A stretch of DNA of 64,000 nucleotides from Pseudomonadota bacterium (GTDB lineage Bacteria > Pseudomonadota > Gammaproteobacteria > Burkholderiales > Rhodocyclaceae): contig JAFEDK010000008.1 of NCBI GenBank assembly GCA_018241665.1, positions 391,050-455,049 on the forward strand, written 5' to 3'. Below are positions 38,530 to 48,312 of the stretch, one piece after another. Position 1 is the stretch's first letter, and every line of letters starts with the position of its first letter. The notes beneath the pieces were generated by a model. That model worked only from the letters and a program-made list of their open reading frames with translations. It searched no databases and had not been told where the DNA came from. Made by a program: the position numbers and the translations under genes.

Positions 38530-38650
38530 GGTTCTACTCCTGCTTGGATCGGACGGCGCGAATGCCGCCCCTTGCAGGAAATAACGCGACGGACCGCCCG
38601 CCGTTGGCAAGCGGAATGTAAGCCCATGTTGGTTTGTAAGCGCGCCCTTT

Positions 38651-38720
38651 TGGGGGCTGGCCTGTGGGGGCTGGCCTGTGGGGGCTGGCCTGTGGGGGCT
38701 GGCCTGTGGGGGCTGGCCTG
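38651..38720. repeat. Five perfect tandem 14-mers TGGGGGCTGGCCTG (VNTR) abutting REP doublet 2
   Basis: Copies start at 38651, 38665, 38679, 38693 and 38707. Confidence 0.95.
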
Positions 38721-38786
38721 TGGGGGCGAATTCATTCGCCCCCAGGTGCTCACCCGGAGTCCCTGGGCGAATGAATTCGCCCCCAC
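38720..38786. repeat. REP doublet (REPIN-like) 2
   Basis: Perfect 22-bp inverted repeat GTGGGGGCGAATTCATTCGCCC (38720-38741 / 38765-38786) with a 23-nt spacer; same left arm as doublet 1. Confidence 0.92.
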
Positions 38787-38808
38787 GGGAAAAGCGCCCC
38801 GCCACGGC

Positions 38809-39354
38809 TCAGAAAGTCTCCGACGGCCCTTTCTCTGGCGCGGGCTCGGACTTCGAGCCGTTGCCGCCACCAAAGATCTTCGGGAAAGCCACCTCGCCAC
38901 TCTTGTCGAAGTCGAAGCCGCCCAGGTTGCCGGTCACCAGACGCCCGCGGATGCGGTAATCGACCTTGTCGCGCCCCCGCCCCAGTTCGCCGAACTGGCG
39001 CAGCAACTTGTCCAGCCCGGTCGTGGCGGTCACGTCCAGCACCGCCTCGCCGAGCCGCGGCACCACCACCGCCTGATTGCTGACCCCATGCGCAAAGGGC
39101 TGGCCGTTGATGTCCACGTTGACGTCGAGGCCTTCGATAGGAATCTCGGCGTTGTTCGGGTTGGTGATGCGCAGGCTCACGACGAAACGCTGTTCGAACA
39201 GACCGGCATCCAGCAGACGGATGCCGGCCACCTTGACCTCCGGCTTCTTCAGGCCCAGCGTCAGCCCGGCACAGCCCCCCAGCACACTCACGCCCACCGC
39301 GGCACCCAGCAACAGCGCAAAGCGTCGGCGTGAAATTGGCGTCGTCACGATCAT
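38809..39354 (-). CDS. LEA type-2 (WHy) family lipoprotein
   Basis: Lipobox-like LGGC after a hydrophobic stretch, KPEVKVAGI, LRITNPN..IPI.GL, VVPRLGE, DYRIRG. Confidence 0.82.
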   Translation of the reverse strand: MIVTTPISRRRFALLLGAAVGVSVLGGCAGLTLGLKKPEVKVAGIRLLDAGLFEQRFVVSLRITNPNNAEIPIEGLDVNVDINGQPFAHGVSNQAVVVPRLGEAVLDVTATTGLDKLLRQFGELGRGRDKVDYRIRGRLVTGNLGGFDFDKSGEVAFPKIFGGGNGSKSEPAPEKGPSETF

Positions 39355-40226
39355 TCTCCTGTGGGTTCGAGCACCTTCAGCAGGCTCGCCGTATCGTCCC
39401 GGCCGCCGCCCATCGCCATCAGCGCATTGAGCTGCTGCCAGGTCTGGGCCGCCACCGGAAGCGGCGCGCCGAGCTGACGGGCCTCCTCCATCAGGATAGC
39501 GAAATCCTTGTGATGCAGCCGCGACTGGATGCCGGCGACGAAATCCCGCCGGGCCATGCGGTCGCCCATCACGTCGAGCACCCGCGAGCCGGCCGAGCCG
39601 CCCATCAGGGCTTCGCGCACACGGGCCAGGTCAACCCCATGGGCACCGGCCAGGCGCATCGCCTCAGCGCAGGCCTGGATCGCATTGACCATGATCATCT
39701 GGTTGCAGGCCTTGGCCACTTGGCCCGCCCCGGCCGGACCGATATGCACCACCGTCTTGCCCAGCGCGGCGAACAGCGGTCGAACGCGCTCCAGCACATC
39801 CGCCTCGCCACCGGCCATGATCGCCAGCGTCGCATCCCGCGCGCCGATCTCGCCGCCGGACACAGGCGCATCCAGCCAGCCGATGCCGCGCTCGGCATAA
39901 CTAGCCGCCACCTTGCGGGCCGTGCCCGGTGCGATGGTGCTCATGTCCACATGGATGCCCCCCGGCGCGAAGCCCTCGATGAGGCCCCCCGCGCCAAGCG
40001 CCAGGTTCTCCACGTCAGCGCTGGCCGTCACCACCGAGATCACCACCTCGCAGCGGCTCGCCAGCTCGGCCGGCGTCGCGCAGAAGCTGGCTCCGGCTTC
40101 AAGTAGCGGCGCCGCCGATTCCGGCCGCCGCGCCCACACCGCCAGCTCGTGACCCGCCGCCAGCAGGTGGCCGGCCATCGGCCGGCCCATCACGCCCAGT
40201 CCGACAAATCCGACCCGCACCGTCAT
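39351..40226 (-). CDS. NAD(P)-dependent 3-hydroxyisobutyrate/2-hydroxy-3-oxopropionate reductase family protein (copy 2)
   Basis: GFVGLGVMG, DMSTI, DAPVSGG, GAGQVAKACNQ, HHKD. Confidence 0.9.
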   Translation of the reverse strand: MTVRVGFVGLGVMGRPMAGHLLAAGHELAVWARRPESAAPLLEAGASFCATPAELASRCEVVISVVTASADVENLALGAGGLIEGFAPGGIHVDMSTIAPGTARKVAASYAERGIGWLDAPVSGGEIGARDATLAIMAGGEADVLERVRPLFAALGKTVVHIGPAGAGQVAKACNQMIMVNAIQACAEAMRLAGAHGVDLARVREALMGGSAGSRVLDVMGDRMARRDFVAGIQSRLHHKDFAILMEEARQLGAPLPVAAQTWQQLNALMAMGGGRDDTASLLKVLEPTGE

Positions 40227-41095
40227 TCTCCCGACAGGTTTTCCAGCAGCTTGAGGGCGGCGATGGAATCCTCCTCGCCCATCCCGCTGCCGACCAGCGC
40301 ATTGAAGAGCTGGGCCGTGGCGGCGCTGCTCGGCAGCATCAGGCCGAGGCGGTGGGCCTCCTGCATGACGATGTTCATGTCCTTCTGGTGCATCCAGGCC
40401 TTGAAGCCCGGCTTGAAGTTGCGGTCGAGCATGCGCTGGCCGTGGTTTTCGAGGATGCGGCTATAGGCGAAGCCGCCGAGCAGTGCCTCGCGCACGCGGC
40501 CGGCATCGACACCGCTCTTGCGGGCGAAGTTGAAGGCCTCGGCCACTGCCATCACGCCGACGCCGGTGAGGATCTGGTTGCAGGCCTTGGCGACCTGGCC
40601 GGCACCGGGGCCACCGATCAGCGTGGCGGCCTTGCCCATGCAGGCGAACAGCGGCTTGGCGGTCTCGAAAGCCGCTTCGTCGCCGCCAACCATGATGGTC
40701 AGCCCGGCGTTGATCGCCCCGACTTCGCCGCCGGACACCGGTGCATCGAGCATCGTCACGCCCCGCTCGGCGAGCCGTGCTGCAATCGACTGGGCGGCAG
40801 CCGGCGCGATGGTGCTCATGTCCACGTAGATCAGGCCGGCTTTAGCGCCTTCCGCCACACCGCCGACACCGAGGGCGACCTGCTCCACGTCGGCGGCGTC
40901 CGCCACCATCGAGAACACCACGTCACAGGCCGCGGCCACCGCCGCGCTATTGGCGGCCCCCTTGGCACCGGCTTCCAGCAGCGGGGCCATGGATTCGGCG
41001 CGGCGCGCCCACACGGTCACGTCGTAGCCGCCCTTCAGGAGGTTGAGCGCCATCGGGCGCCCCATGATGCCCAGACCGATGAAACCGACTTTCAT
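40223..41095 (-). CDS. 2-hydroxy-3-oxopropionate reductase family protein (copy 1, GlxR/GarR-like)
   Basis: GFIGLGIMG, DMSTI, DAPVSGG, GAGQVAKACNQ, GGFAYSRILENHGQRMLDRNFKPGF, HQKD. Confidence 0.9.
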   Translation of the reverse strand: MKVGFIGLGIMGRPMALNLLKGGYDVTVWARRAESMAPLLEAGAKGAANSAAVAAACDVVFSMVADAADVEQVALGVGGVAEGAKAGLIYVDMSTIAPAAAQSIAARLAERGVTMLDAPVSGGEVGAINAGLTIMVGGDEAAFETAKPLFACMGKAATLIGGPGAGQVAKACNQILTGVGVMAVAEAFNFARKSGVDAGRVREALLGGFAYSRILENHGQRMLDRNFKPGFKAWMHQKDMNIVMQEAHRLGLMLPSSAATAQLFNALVGSGMGEEDSIAALKLLENLSGE

Positions 41096-41171
41096 TGCTT
41101 GCGTCCTCGTGACCGAAAAGGACGCAGCCTAGCGGCCAAGGCGCAACGACGCAATCGGGGCAAATGCGCGC

Positions 41172-42317
<1,146 letters not shown>

Positions 42318-42498
42318 ACCCTTCTCCCTGTCGATTGACGTCAGCCACCAGCATGCCGTGGCTGAGGCCCGGCCGCCACCGGCCACGGCAACCAGCCCAT
42401 CACGTGACATCGTCATTGTTTTTACTGCCACCGGCATCTATCTTGGACGCGAGGGCCACGCAGTCGTGCGACGCCCCGCCCACCGAGGAGACAGCATC

Positions 42499-43410
42499 AT
42501 GGCTGAACAAGCCCTCGCCACGCGCCTGATCGGCAGCAGCTACCTGAATGTCGAAGGCGACATCCTGCCGCTGGTGGATTACACCCTGCCCGACATCAGC
42601 TGGTCGATACACGAGCCCGGCAGCGCACTGCCAGGCTCGCGAAGCGACATCCAGATCGGCGAAGCGGCGCTCGGCAAGCTGGTCATTTCCGTGCAACCAC
42701 CCGCCTTCCCGCCGCTGACGAAGTGGGTGCATGAACTGACCGACGGCGGCCATCGCCAGTTCGACCTGGAAGTGCTGCGAGCAGATCCCGACGGCAACAT
42801 CCAGGAAGGCGTCCGGCTGTCAGGCTGCGTGCTCACCGAACTGCACTTTCCGCCCTGTGCCGCTACCCAGAAGGATGCCTACGTAGTCCGGGCCGTCCTG
42901 CAACCCGAACGGATTGCGGCCCTCCCGTCCGGTTCCCTGAAGAAGCAGCCCATCGGTACCAAGCAGCGTCCCTGGCTGGTCTCCGGCTTCAGGCTCAGCA
43001 TCGACGGACTGCCCACCGGCAGCATCTCGAAAATCGATGGCATCGACCTGATTCGCGACATCGCAAGCCGCAGGGTCGGGGAGCTCCGCGAGCCGCTGCC
43101 CTACTACGGCATCGCCCGCTGCTCGCCCCTCGTGCTGACGATCGGCGGACGGGACTACCCGGCCTGGCGCGACTACGCCCTGAAGCGGCTCACCGAGGGA
43201 ACGCCCGCCAGTGCGCTGGCGGCCAGGCTGGCCTTCCTCGATGCCAGCCTCAAGAAGGAACTGGGCAGCCTGCAGTTTTCGCTGGCCGGCCTGGCCGGCT
43301 TCCAGTTCGCTCGCGCCACCTCCCGCGGAGACGAGGCGGCGGGCCTGCAGGGCATCGCCCGCCTGCCAGTCCAGGACATCAAGCTGGAGGTCGTGCCGCC
43401 CCAATCCTAG
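42499..43410 (+). CDS. Hypothetical protein resembling two tandem phage/eCIS tail-tube (T4 gp19-like) domains
   Basis: GAGGAG RBS, 303 aa. Two roughly 140-aa halves: YLNVEG...LTKWV...LSGCVLTELHFP..AATQKD...LQPE and FRLSIDG..ISKIDGI...VGELRE...LVLTI...W...FLD...KELGSL. Recognised by motif memory only. Confidence 0.6.
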   Translation: MAEQALATRLIGSSYLNVEGDILPLVDYTLPDISWSIHEPGSALPGSRSDIQIGEAALGKLVISVQPPAFPPLTKWVHELTDGGHRQFDLEVLRADPDGNIQEGVRLSGCVLTELHFPPCAATQKDAYVVRAVLQPERIAALPSGSLKKQPIGTKQRPWLVSGFRLSIDGLPTGSISKIDGIDLIRDIASRRVGELREPLPYYGIARCSPLVLTIGGRDYPAWRDYALKRLTEGTPASALAARLAFLDASLKKELGSLQFSLAGLAGFQFARATSRGDEAAGLQGIARLPVQDIKLEVVPPQS

Positions 43411-43479
43411 CCTCGGGCACAGCGCACCATCGCCAGCCGCGCCGACGCATCCGCTACACTCCGCCGGTCATCCACCGAT

Positions 43480-44427
43480 ATGCGCTTTACACCCATGTCC
43501 TACGCCCCATTCATCAAGGAGATCGGCCGCGGGCCGAAAGGCTCCAAACCCCTCACCATCGACCAGGCCGAAGCTCTGTTCGGCGACATGCTGGACGGCC
43601 GCGTGCCTGACCTGGAACTCGGCGCCATCATCCTGTCGATGCGCATCAAGGCCGAGTCCACCGACGAACTGCTGGGCTTCCAGCGCGCCCTCGACGCACG
43701 CACGGCCCACGTCCAGGTCCCGGCCGGCCCACGCGTGGTCGTGCTGCCCACCTACAACGGCGCCCGCCGGCAAGCCAACCTGATGCCCCTGCTGGCCCTG
43801 CTGCTGGCACGGGAAGGCATCCCGGTGCTGATCCAGGGTCGCCACGACTTCGACAGCCGGGTCAGCCCCTTCGAGCTGCTGGCCGCCCTCGACATCCACC
43901 CGGCGGCGAGCCTCGCCGAGGCGGAAGCCCAGCTCGCCGAACGGCATCTGACCTGTCTGCCACTGGAAACCCTGGCGCCGGGTCTGGCCCCGTTGCTCGC
44001 CCTGCGCCCCCGCCTCGGCGTGCGCAACAGCGGCCACACCCTGGCCAAATTGCTCGATCCGGCGCCGGGCCACAGCGTGCGGGTCGCCTCGATGACCCAC
44101 CCGGAGTACCTGGAACGGATCCACCAGCACCTGGTCGCCACCGGCGGCGTGTCCATGCTGCTACGCGGCACCGAGGGCGAAGCTTTCGCCAATCCGCGGC
44201 GTCGCCCGCGGCTGGAAGTGTTCGTGAACGGCAGCGCGCAAATCGCCTTTCCGGCGGAGGAAGGTGGTGCGCCGCCGGTCGAAGGCCGCGCCGACGATCC
44301 GGAGGTCGCAGCCAACGCCACGCTGGTCCGCACCATGCTGGCCGGTGAAGTGGCGATACCGCAGCCCATCCTCGATCAGGTCAGTGCCCTGCGCGAGCTC
44401 AGCCGCGTCCCTCGCACCCCGGCCTGA
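43480..44427 (+). CDS. ybiB: DNA-binding protein YbiB (glycosyltransferase family 3 / TrpD2 fold)
   Basis: IKEIGRGPKGSK.L, LELGAIILSMRIKAES..EL.GF, PTYNGARRQANL.PL, LGVRNSGHTLAKL, RGTEGE. The start may be 43495. Confidence 0.88.
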   Translation: MRFTPMSYAPFIKEIGRGPKGSKPLTIDQAEALFGDMLDGRVPDLELGAIILSMRIKAESTDELLGFQRALDARTAHVQVPAGPRVVVLPTYNGARRQANLMPLLALLLAREGIPVLIQGRHDFDSRVSPFELLAALDIHPAASLAEAEAQLAERHLTCLPLETLAPGLAPLLALRPRLGVRNSGHTLAKLLDPAPGHSVRVASMTHPEYLERIHQHLVATGGVSMLLRGTEGEAFANPRRRPRLEVFVNGSAQIAFPAEEGGAPPVEGRADDPEVAANATLVRTMLAGEVAIPQPILDQVSALRELSRVPRTPA

Positions 44428-44557
44428 CCCCAGACGGGACGCCGGCTTCGTTGACCTTTCGCCACCCCGTGCTTAAATCCAAGGGCCATGCCAAAGCAAT
44501 GCAGCGGGCTCCCCGCCCCCGGCATGGCTCAACCGAGATGAGAGAAGGGGAACGATC

Positions 44558-45355
44558 ATGGGCAAGAAAGCCCTGTGCATCGGCATCAACGACTACCCGG
44601 GCACCCAGAACGACCTGAGCGGCTGCGTCAACGACGCCACCGACTGGGCCGCAGCACTCGCCGCGCGTGGCTTCGCCGTCACCAAGCTGCTCGACGGCCA
44701 GGCCACCAAGGCGGCGATGGTCAGTGCAATGACCGACCTGATCGGCGGCGCGGCCAAAGGCGATTCCATCATCATCACCTACTCCGGCCACGGCACCTGG
44801 GTGCCGGACCAGAACGGCGACGAGCCCGACGGCCGCGACGAGGGCCTGTGCCCGTGGGACATCGGCTCCGGCAACGTGCTGCTGGACGACGAGATCGCGC
44901 CGATCTTCACCCACCACGCCACCGGCGTGCGGGTGGTGCTGATCTCGGACAGCTGCCATTCCGGCAGTGTCACCCGCGGCAACTCGCTCGATCTCGACCC
45001 GGGCCTGCCCCGCGCCCGTTTCCTGCCCCCCGAGGCGTGGATGAAGGCCGCCGACCTGCCCGCCCCCCGCGTCGCCAAGCTCCCCACCTCGGGCGGCTTG
45101 TCGCGCAGCGGTGGCGACCTGCTGCTGGCCGGCTGTACCGACAGCCAGTTCAGCTGGGACACCAGCTTCAAGGGCCGACCGAACGGTGCCTTCACCTACT
45201 ATGCGCTGAAGGCGCTGGCCTCGCTGCCGGCCTCCGCCAGCTACCAGGACTGGTTCAAGAAGATCACGCCGGGATTCCTGCCGACCAACCAGCTGCCGCA
45301 GAACCCACAGATCTTCGGCACCCGGACGGCCCGCTCCTGGAAGGTGTTCGCCTGA
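44558..45355 (+). CDS. Standalone caspase-family (peptidase C14, metacaspase-like) protease
   Basis: KALCIGINDY, LSGCVNDA, catalytic dyad motifs YSGHG and SDSCHSG, LLAGC..Q.S.D, NGAFTY, PQNPQ. Confidence 0.9.
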   Translation: MGKKALCIGINDYPGTQNDLSGCVNDATDWAAALAARGFAVTKLLDGQATKAAMVSAMTDLIGGAAKGDSIIITYSGHGTWVPDQNGDEPDGRDEGLCPWDIGSGNVLLDDEIAPIFTHHATGVRVVLISDSCHSGSVTRGNSLDLDPGLPRARFLPPEAWMKAADLPAPRVAKLPTSGGLSRSGGDLLLAGCTDSQFSWDTSFKGRPNGAFTYYALKALASLPASASYQDWFKKITPGFLPTNQLPQNPQIFGTRTARSWKVFA

Positions 45356-45500
45356 CCGACGACCATCATCGCCCCTGAGCCGCCGCGGCCACGCCCATTC
45401 CTGGTGCGCGGCCACCGCGGTCGCACCATTTCGAAGCCGTGCCGCCACCCTTTGGTGCGCAGTGGCGGCTCTGCGCAAGGAAAACAGCGACTTAGGCAGG

Positions 45501-45516
45501 TGGCACGACGTTTGCT
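45501..45516 (+). promoter_or_regulatory. Sigma54 (-24/-12) promoter of nasA
   Basis: TGGCACGACGTTTGCT matches the TGGCAC-N5-TTGC consensus; ATG at 45543 behind AAGGAG. Confidence 0.88.
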
Positions 45517-45542
45517 GGATTCAGTCCACCAAAGGAGTCGTG

Positions 45543-48275
45543 ATGGCAGAAACCAAATCCACCTGTTGTTACTGCGGCGTCGGCTGCGGTGTCGTAATCG
45601 AACATGAAGCCGGCCGAATCACCGGCGTCCGGGGCGACCCGGACCATCCGGCCAATTTCGGCCGTCTGTGCACCAAGGGCTCCACGCTGCACCTGACCGC
45701 CGCGCCTGAAACCCAGGTTACCCGCGCCCTGTATCCGGAGCTGCGCACCGATCGCGGCAACGCCCGCCAGCGCGTGAGCTGGGATGCCGCCCTCGACGCG
45801 GCCGCCGAACGCTTCGCCGCGATCATCGCCGAACACGGCCCCGACGCGGTCGCCGTCTACGGCGCCGGCCAGTTGCTGACCGAGGACTACTACGTCTTCA
45901 ACAAGCTGATGAAGGGCCTCATCGGCAGCAACAACCTCGACACGAACTCCCGCCTGTGCATGTCCAGCGCGGTGGCCGGCTACAAGCTGAGCCTGGGCGC
46001 CGACGCACCGCCGTGCAGCTACGCGGACATTGCCCACACCAGCGCGCTGTTCATCACCGGCAGCAACACCGCCTTTGCGCACCCGATCGCCTTCCGCCGC
46101 ATCGAGGACGCCCGCAAGGCCAATCCGGACATGAAGCTGGTCGTCATCGACCCGCGCCGCACCGACACCGCCGAAGCTGCCGACCTGCACCTGGCCCTGC
46201 TGCCCGGCACCGACATCGCGCTGTACAACGCGATGCTCCACGTGATGCTGTGGGAAGGCTGGGTCGACCGGGACTACATCGACGCCCATACCGAGGGTTT
46301 CGAAGCTCTGAAGAAGACCGTCCGCGAATACACCCCGGCGATGGCCGCAACCATCTGCGGGCTGGACAAGAAGCTCATCGAGGAAGCGGCACAGATCTTC
46401 GCCACCTCGAAGGCCACGATGTCCATGTACTGCCAGGGGCTCAACCAGTTCTCCTTCGGCACCCACAACAATTCGGCCCTGATCAACCTGCACCTGGCCA
46501 GCGGCCAGATCGGTCGCCCCGGCGCCGGCCCCTTCTCGCTGACCGGCCAGCCCAACGCGATGGGCGGCCGCGAAGTCGGCGGACTGGCCAACCTGCTGTC
46601 CGCCCACCGGGACATGGCCAACGCCGAGCACCGCGCCGAAGTTGCCGCCCTGTGGGGCGTGGACAGCGTGCCCGACAAGCCGGGCAAGAGTGCCGTCGAA
46701 TTGTTCAAGGCGCTCAAGACCGGTGAGATCAAGGCAGTGTGGATTGCCTGTACGAACCCGGCCCAGTCCATGCCGGACCAGGCTCTGATCCACGAAGCCC
46801 TGCAAGCCGCCGAATTCGTCGTCGTGCAGGAAGCCTTCAACCACACCGAAACCTGCATTTACGCCGACCTGCTGCTGCCCGCCTCCACCTGGGGCGAGAA
46901 GGACGGCACCGTCACCAACTCGGAGCGCGCCATCAGCCGCGTCCGAGCCGCCGTGTCCGCGCCGGGCGAGGCCCGCCACGATTGGGCGATCGTGGTGGAC
47001 TTCGCCCGGCGTCTGGGCGCCTGCCTCGGCAAGAGCGAGCTGGCCGCCCGCATGTTCCCCTACGCCAAGCCGGAAGAAATCTGGAACGAGCACCGGGAAT
47101 CCACCCGCAGCCGCGACCTGGACATCACCGGCCTGAGCTATGCGACGCTTGAGAACGTCGGCCCCCAGCAGTGGCCCTTCCCCGAAGGCGCCAGCCTGGG
47201 CAAGGTCCGGCTCTACGAAGACGGCGTCTTCCCGACCCCGTCCGGCAAGGCCCGCTTCGTCGTCACCGAACACCGCATCACCGCCGAATCGCCGAGCGCC
47301 CGCTACCCGCTGCACCTCAACACCGGGCGCCTGCGCGACCAGTGGCACGGCATGAGCCGCACCGGCCTGGTGGCCCGCCTGTACAGCCATGAACCCGAGC
47401 CCATGCTGCACATGCACAAGGACGACATGGAACGCCGCAGCCTCGCCACCGGCGACCTGGTCAAGGTGAAGAGCCGGCGCGGTGAAGTGGTGCTGAAGGT
47501 GCTCGAATCCGCCACGCTGCGTCCCGGCCAGTGCTTCGTACCGATGCACTGGGGCGGCAACACGATGGGCGGCCAGGGCGTCAATGTGCTGATGCCCGGG
47601 GATTTCGACCCCTACTCGAAGCAGCCCGAACTCAAGCACGCCGCCGTGCAGGTGGAGAAATACACCGCCGGCAAGACCCTCGTGGCCATGCGTCGTACGG
47701 AGATCGGCGAGGATGGCCAGCTCCATCCCAACCCGCTGACGGTCATGGAAGGCCTGCGCCGCTGGCTGCCCCATTTCCCCTACGCCAGCCTGACCCTCGC
47801 CGGACGCACCGCACCGGTAGTGGTGCTGAAGGCCCGTGGCGAGGAGCTGGAACCCGCACTGCTTGAGGCCCTGGACAAGGAACTGGCCCTCGACGACCCG
47901 ACCAAGGTGTTGTCTTACCAGGACAGCCGCAAGGACATCGCCAAGCGCGCGCTTGTGGAAGGCGATTCGCTCACCGCGGTGCGTCTGGCCGGCGAGACCA
48001 AGGCCGCCGAATGGCTGGCCGACATGATGGTGCAAGGGCACTCGGCCGCTGCCGTGCGTCAGTGGCTGCTGGCACCGCTGACCCAGCCACCGGCTGGCCA
48101 GGCCGCCCGCGGAAAGGTGATCTGCAACTGCTTCGACGTGGCGGAGGACGACATCCTGGCCGCCTTCCGGGCTGGCGAATCCCTCGATGCCCTGCAGACC
48201 CGCACCAAGTGTGGAACCAACTGCGGCTCCTGCGTGCCGGAACTGAAGCGCCTGCGCCAGAGCGTCTCTAACTGA
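45543..48275 (+). CDS. nasA: Assimilatory nitrate reductase catalytic subunit (Mo-bisPGD, 4Fe-4S, C-terminal BFD-like 2Fe-2S)
   Basis: CCYCGVGCG...LCTKG, GQLLTEDYY, DTNSRLCMSSAV, SLTGQPNAMGGREVGG, LNTGRLRDQWHGMSRTG, DPYSKQPELKH, ICNCF...CGTNCGSC. Confidence 0.94.
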   Translation: MAETKSTCCYCGVGCGVVIEHEAGRITGVRGDPDHPANFGRLCTKGSTLHLTAAPETQVTRALYPELRTDRGNARQRVSWDAALDAAAERFAAIIAEHGPDAVAVYGAGQLLTEDYYVFNKLMKGLIGSNNLDTNSRLCMSSAVAGYKLSLGADAPPCSYADIAHTSALFITGSNTAFAHPIAFRRIEDARKANPDMKLVVIDPRRTDTAEAADLHLALLPGTDIALYNAMLHVMLWEGWVDRDYIDAHTEGFEALKKTVREYTPAMAATICGLDKKLIEEAAQIFATSKATMSMYCQGLNQFSFGTHNNSALINLHLASGQIGRPGAGPFSLTGQPNAMGGREVGGLANLLSAHRDMANAEHRAEVAALWGVDSVPDKPGKSAVELFKALKTGEIKAVWIACTNPAQSMPDQALIHEALQAAEFVVVQEAFNHTETCIYADLLLPASTWGEKDGTVTNSERAISRVRAAVSAPGEARHDWAIVVDFARRLGACLGKSELAARMFPYAKPEEIWNEHRESTRSRDLDITGLSYATLENVGPQQWPFPEGASLGKVRLYEDGVFPTPSGKARFVVTEHRITAESPSARYPLHLNTGRLRDQWHGMSRTGLVARLYSHEPEPMLHMHKDDMERRSLATGDLVKVKSRRGEVVLKVLESATLRPGQCFVPMHWGGNTMGGQGVNVLMPGDFDPYSKQPELKHAAVQVEKYTAGKTLVAMRRTEIGEDGQLHPNPLTVMEGLRRWLPHFPYASLTLAGRTAPVVVLKARGEELEPALLEALDKELALDDPTKVLSYQDSRKDIAKRALVEGDSLTAVRLAGETKAAEWLADMMVQGHSAAAVRQWLLAPLTQPPAGQAARGKVICNCFDVAEDDILAAFRAGESLDALQTRTKCGTNCGSCVPELKRLRQSVSN

Positions 48276-48283
48276 GACTGAGG

Positions 48284-48312
48284 AAAACGGACCGGGCAGA
48301 CACCCGGTCCGT
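48284..48312 (-). terminator. Hairpin between convergent nasA and hydrolase 1 (probable terminator)
   Basis: ACGGACCGGG-CAGACA-CCCGGTCCGT 10-bp stem; short T-tract on the minus strand. Confidence 0.6.

Noticed and set aside
38074-38959. ORFs reading through the VNTR/REP (38074-38805 N-terminal extension, 38526-38900, 38678-38959, 18581-19060)
   Set aside because: Their repetitive peptides (PTGQPPQASP, GLWGLACGG) are translations of the DNA repeats. The real gene starts at ATG 38529 with an RBS and signal peptide.
42430-42450. Sigma54-like CGGCATCTATCTTGG upstream of the tube-like gene (and TGGCATGGCCCTTGG on the minus strand near 44470-44490)
   Set aside because: The invariant -12 GC is replaced by GG, and the second example points antisense; not supportable.
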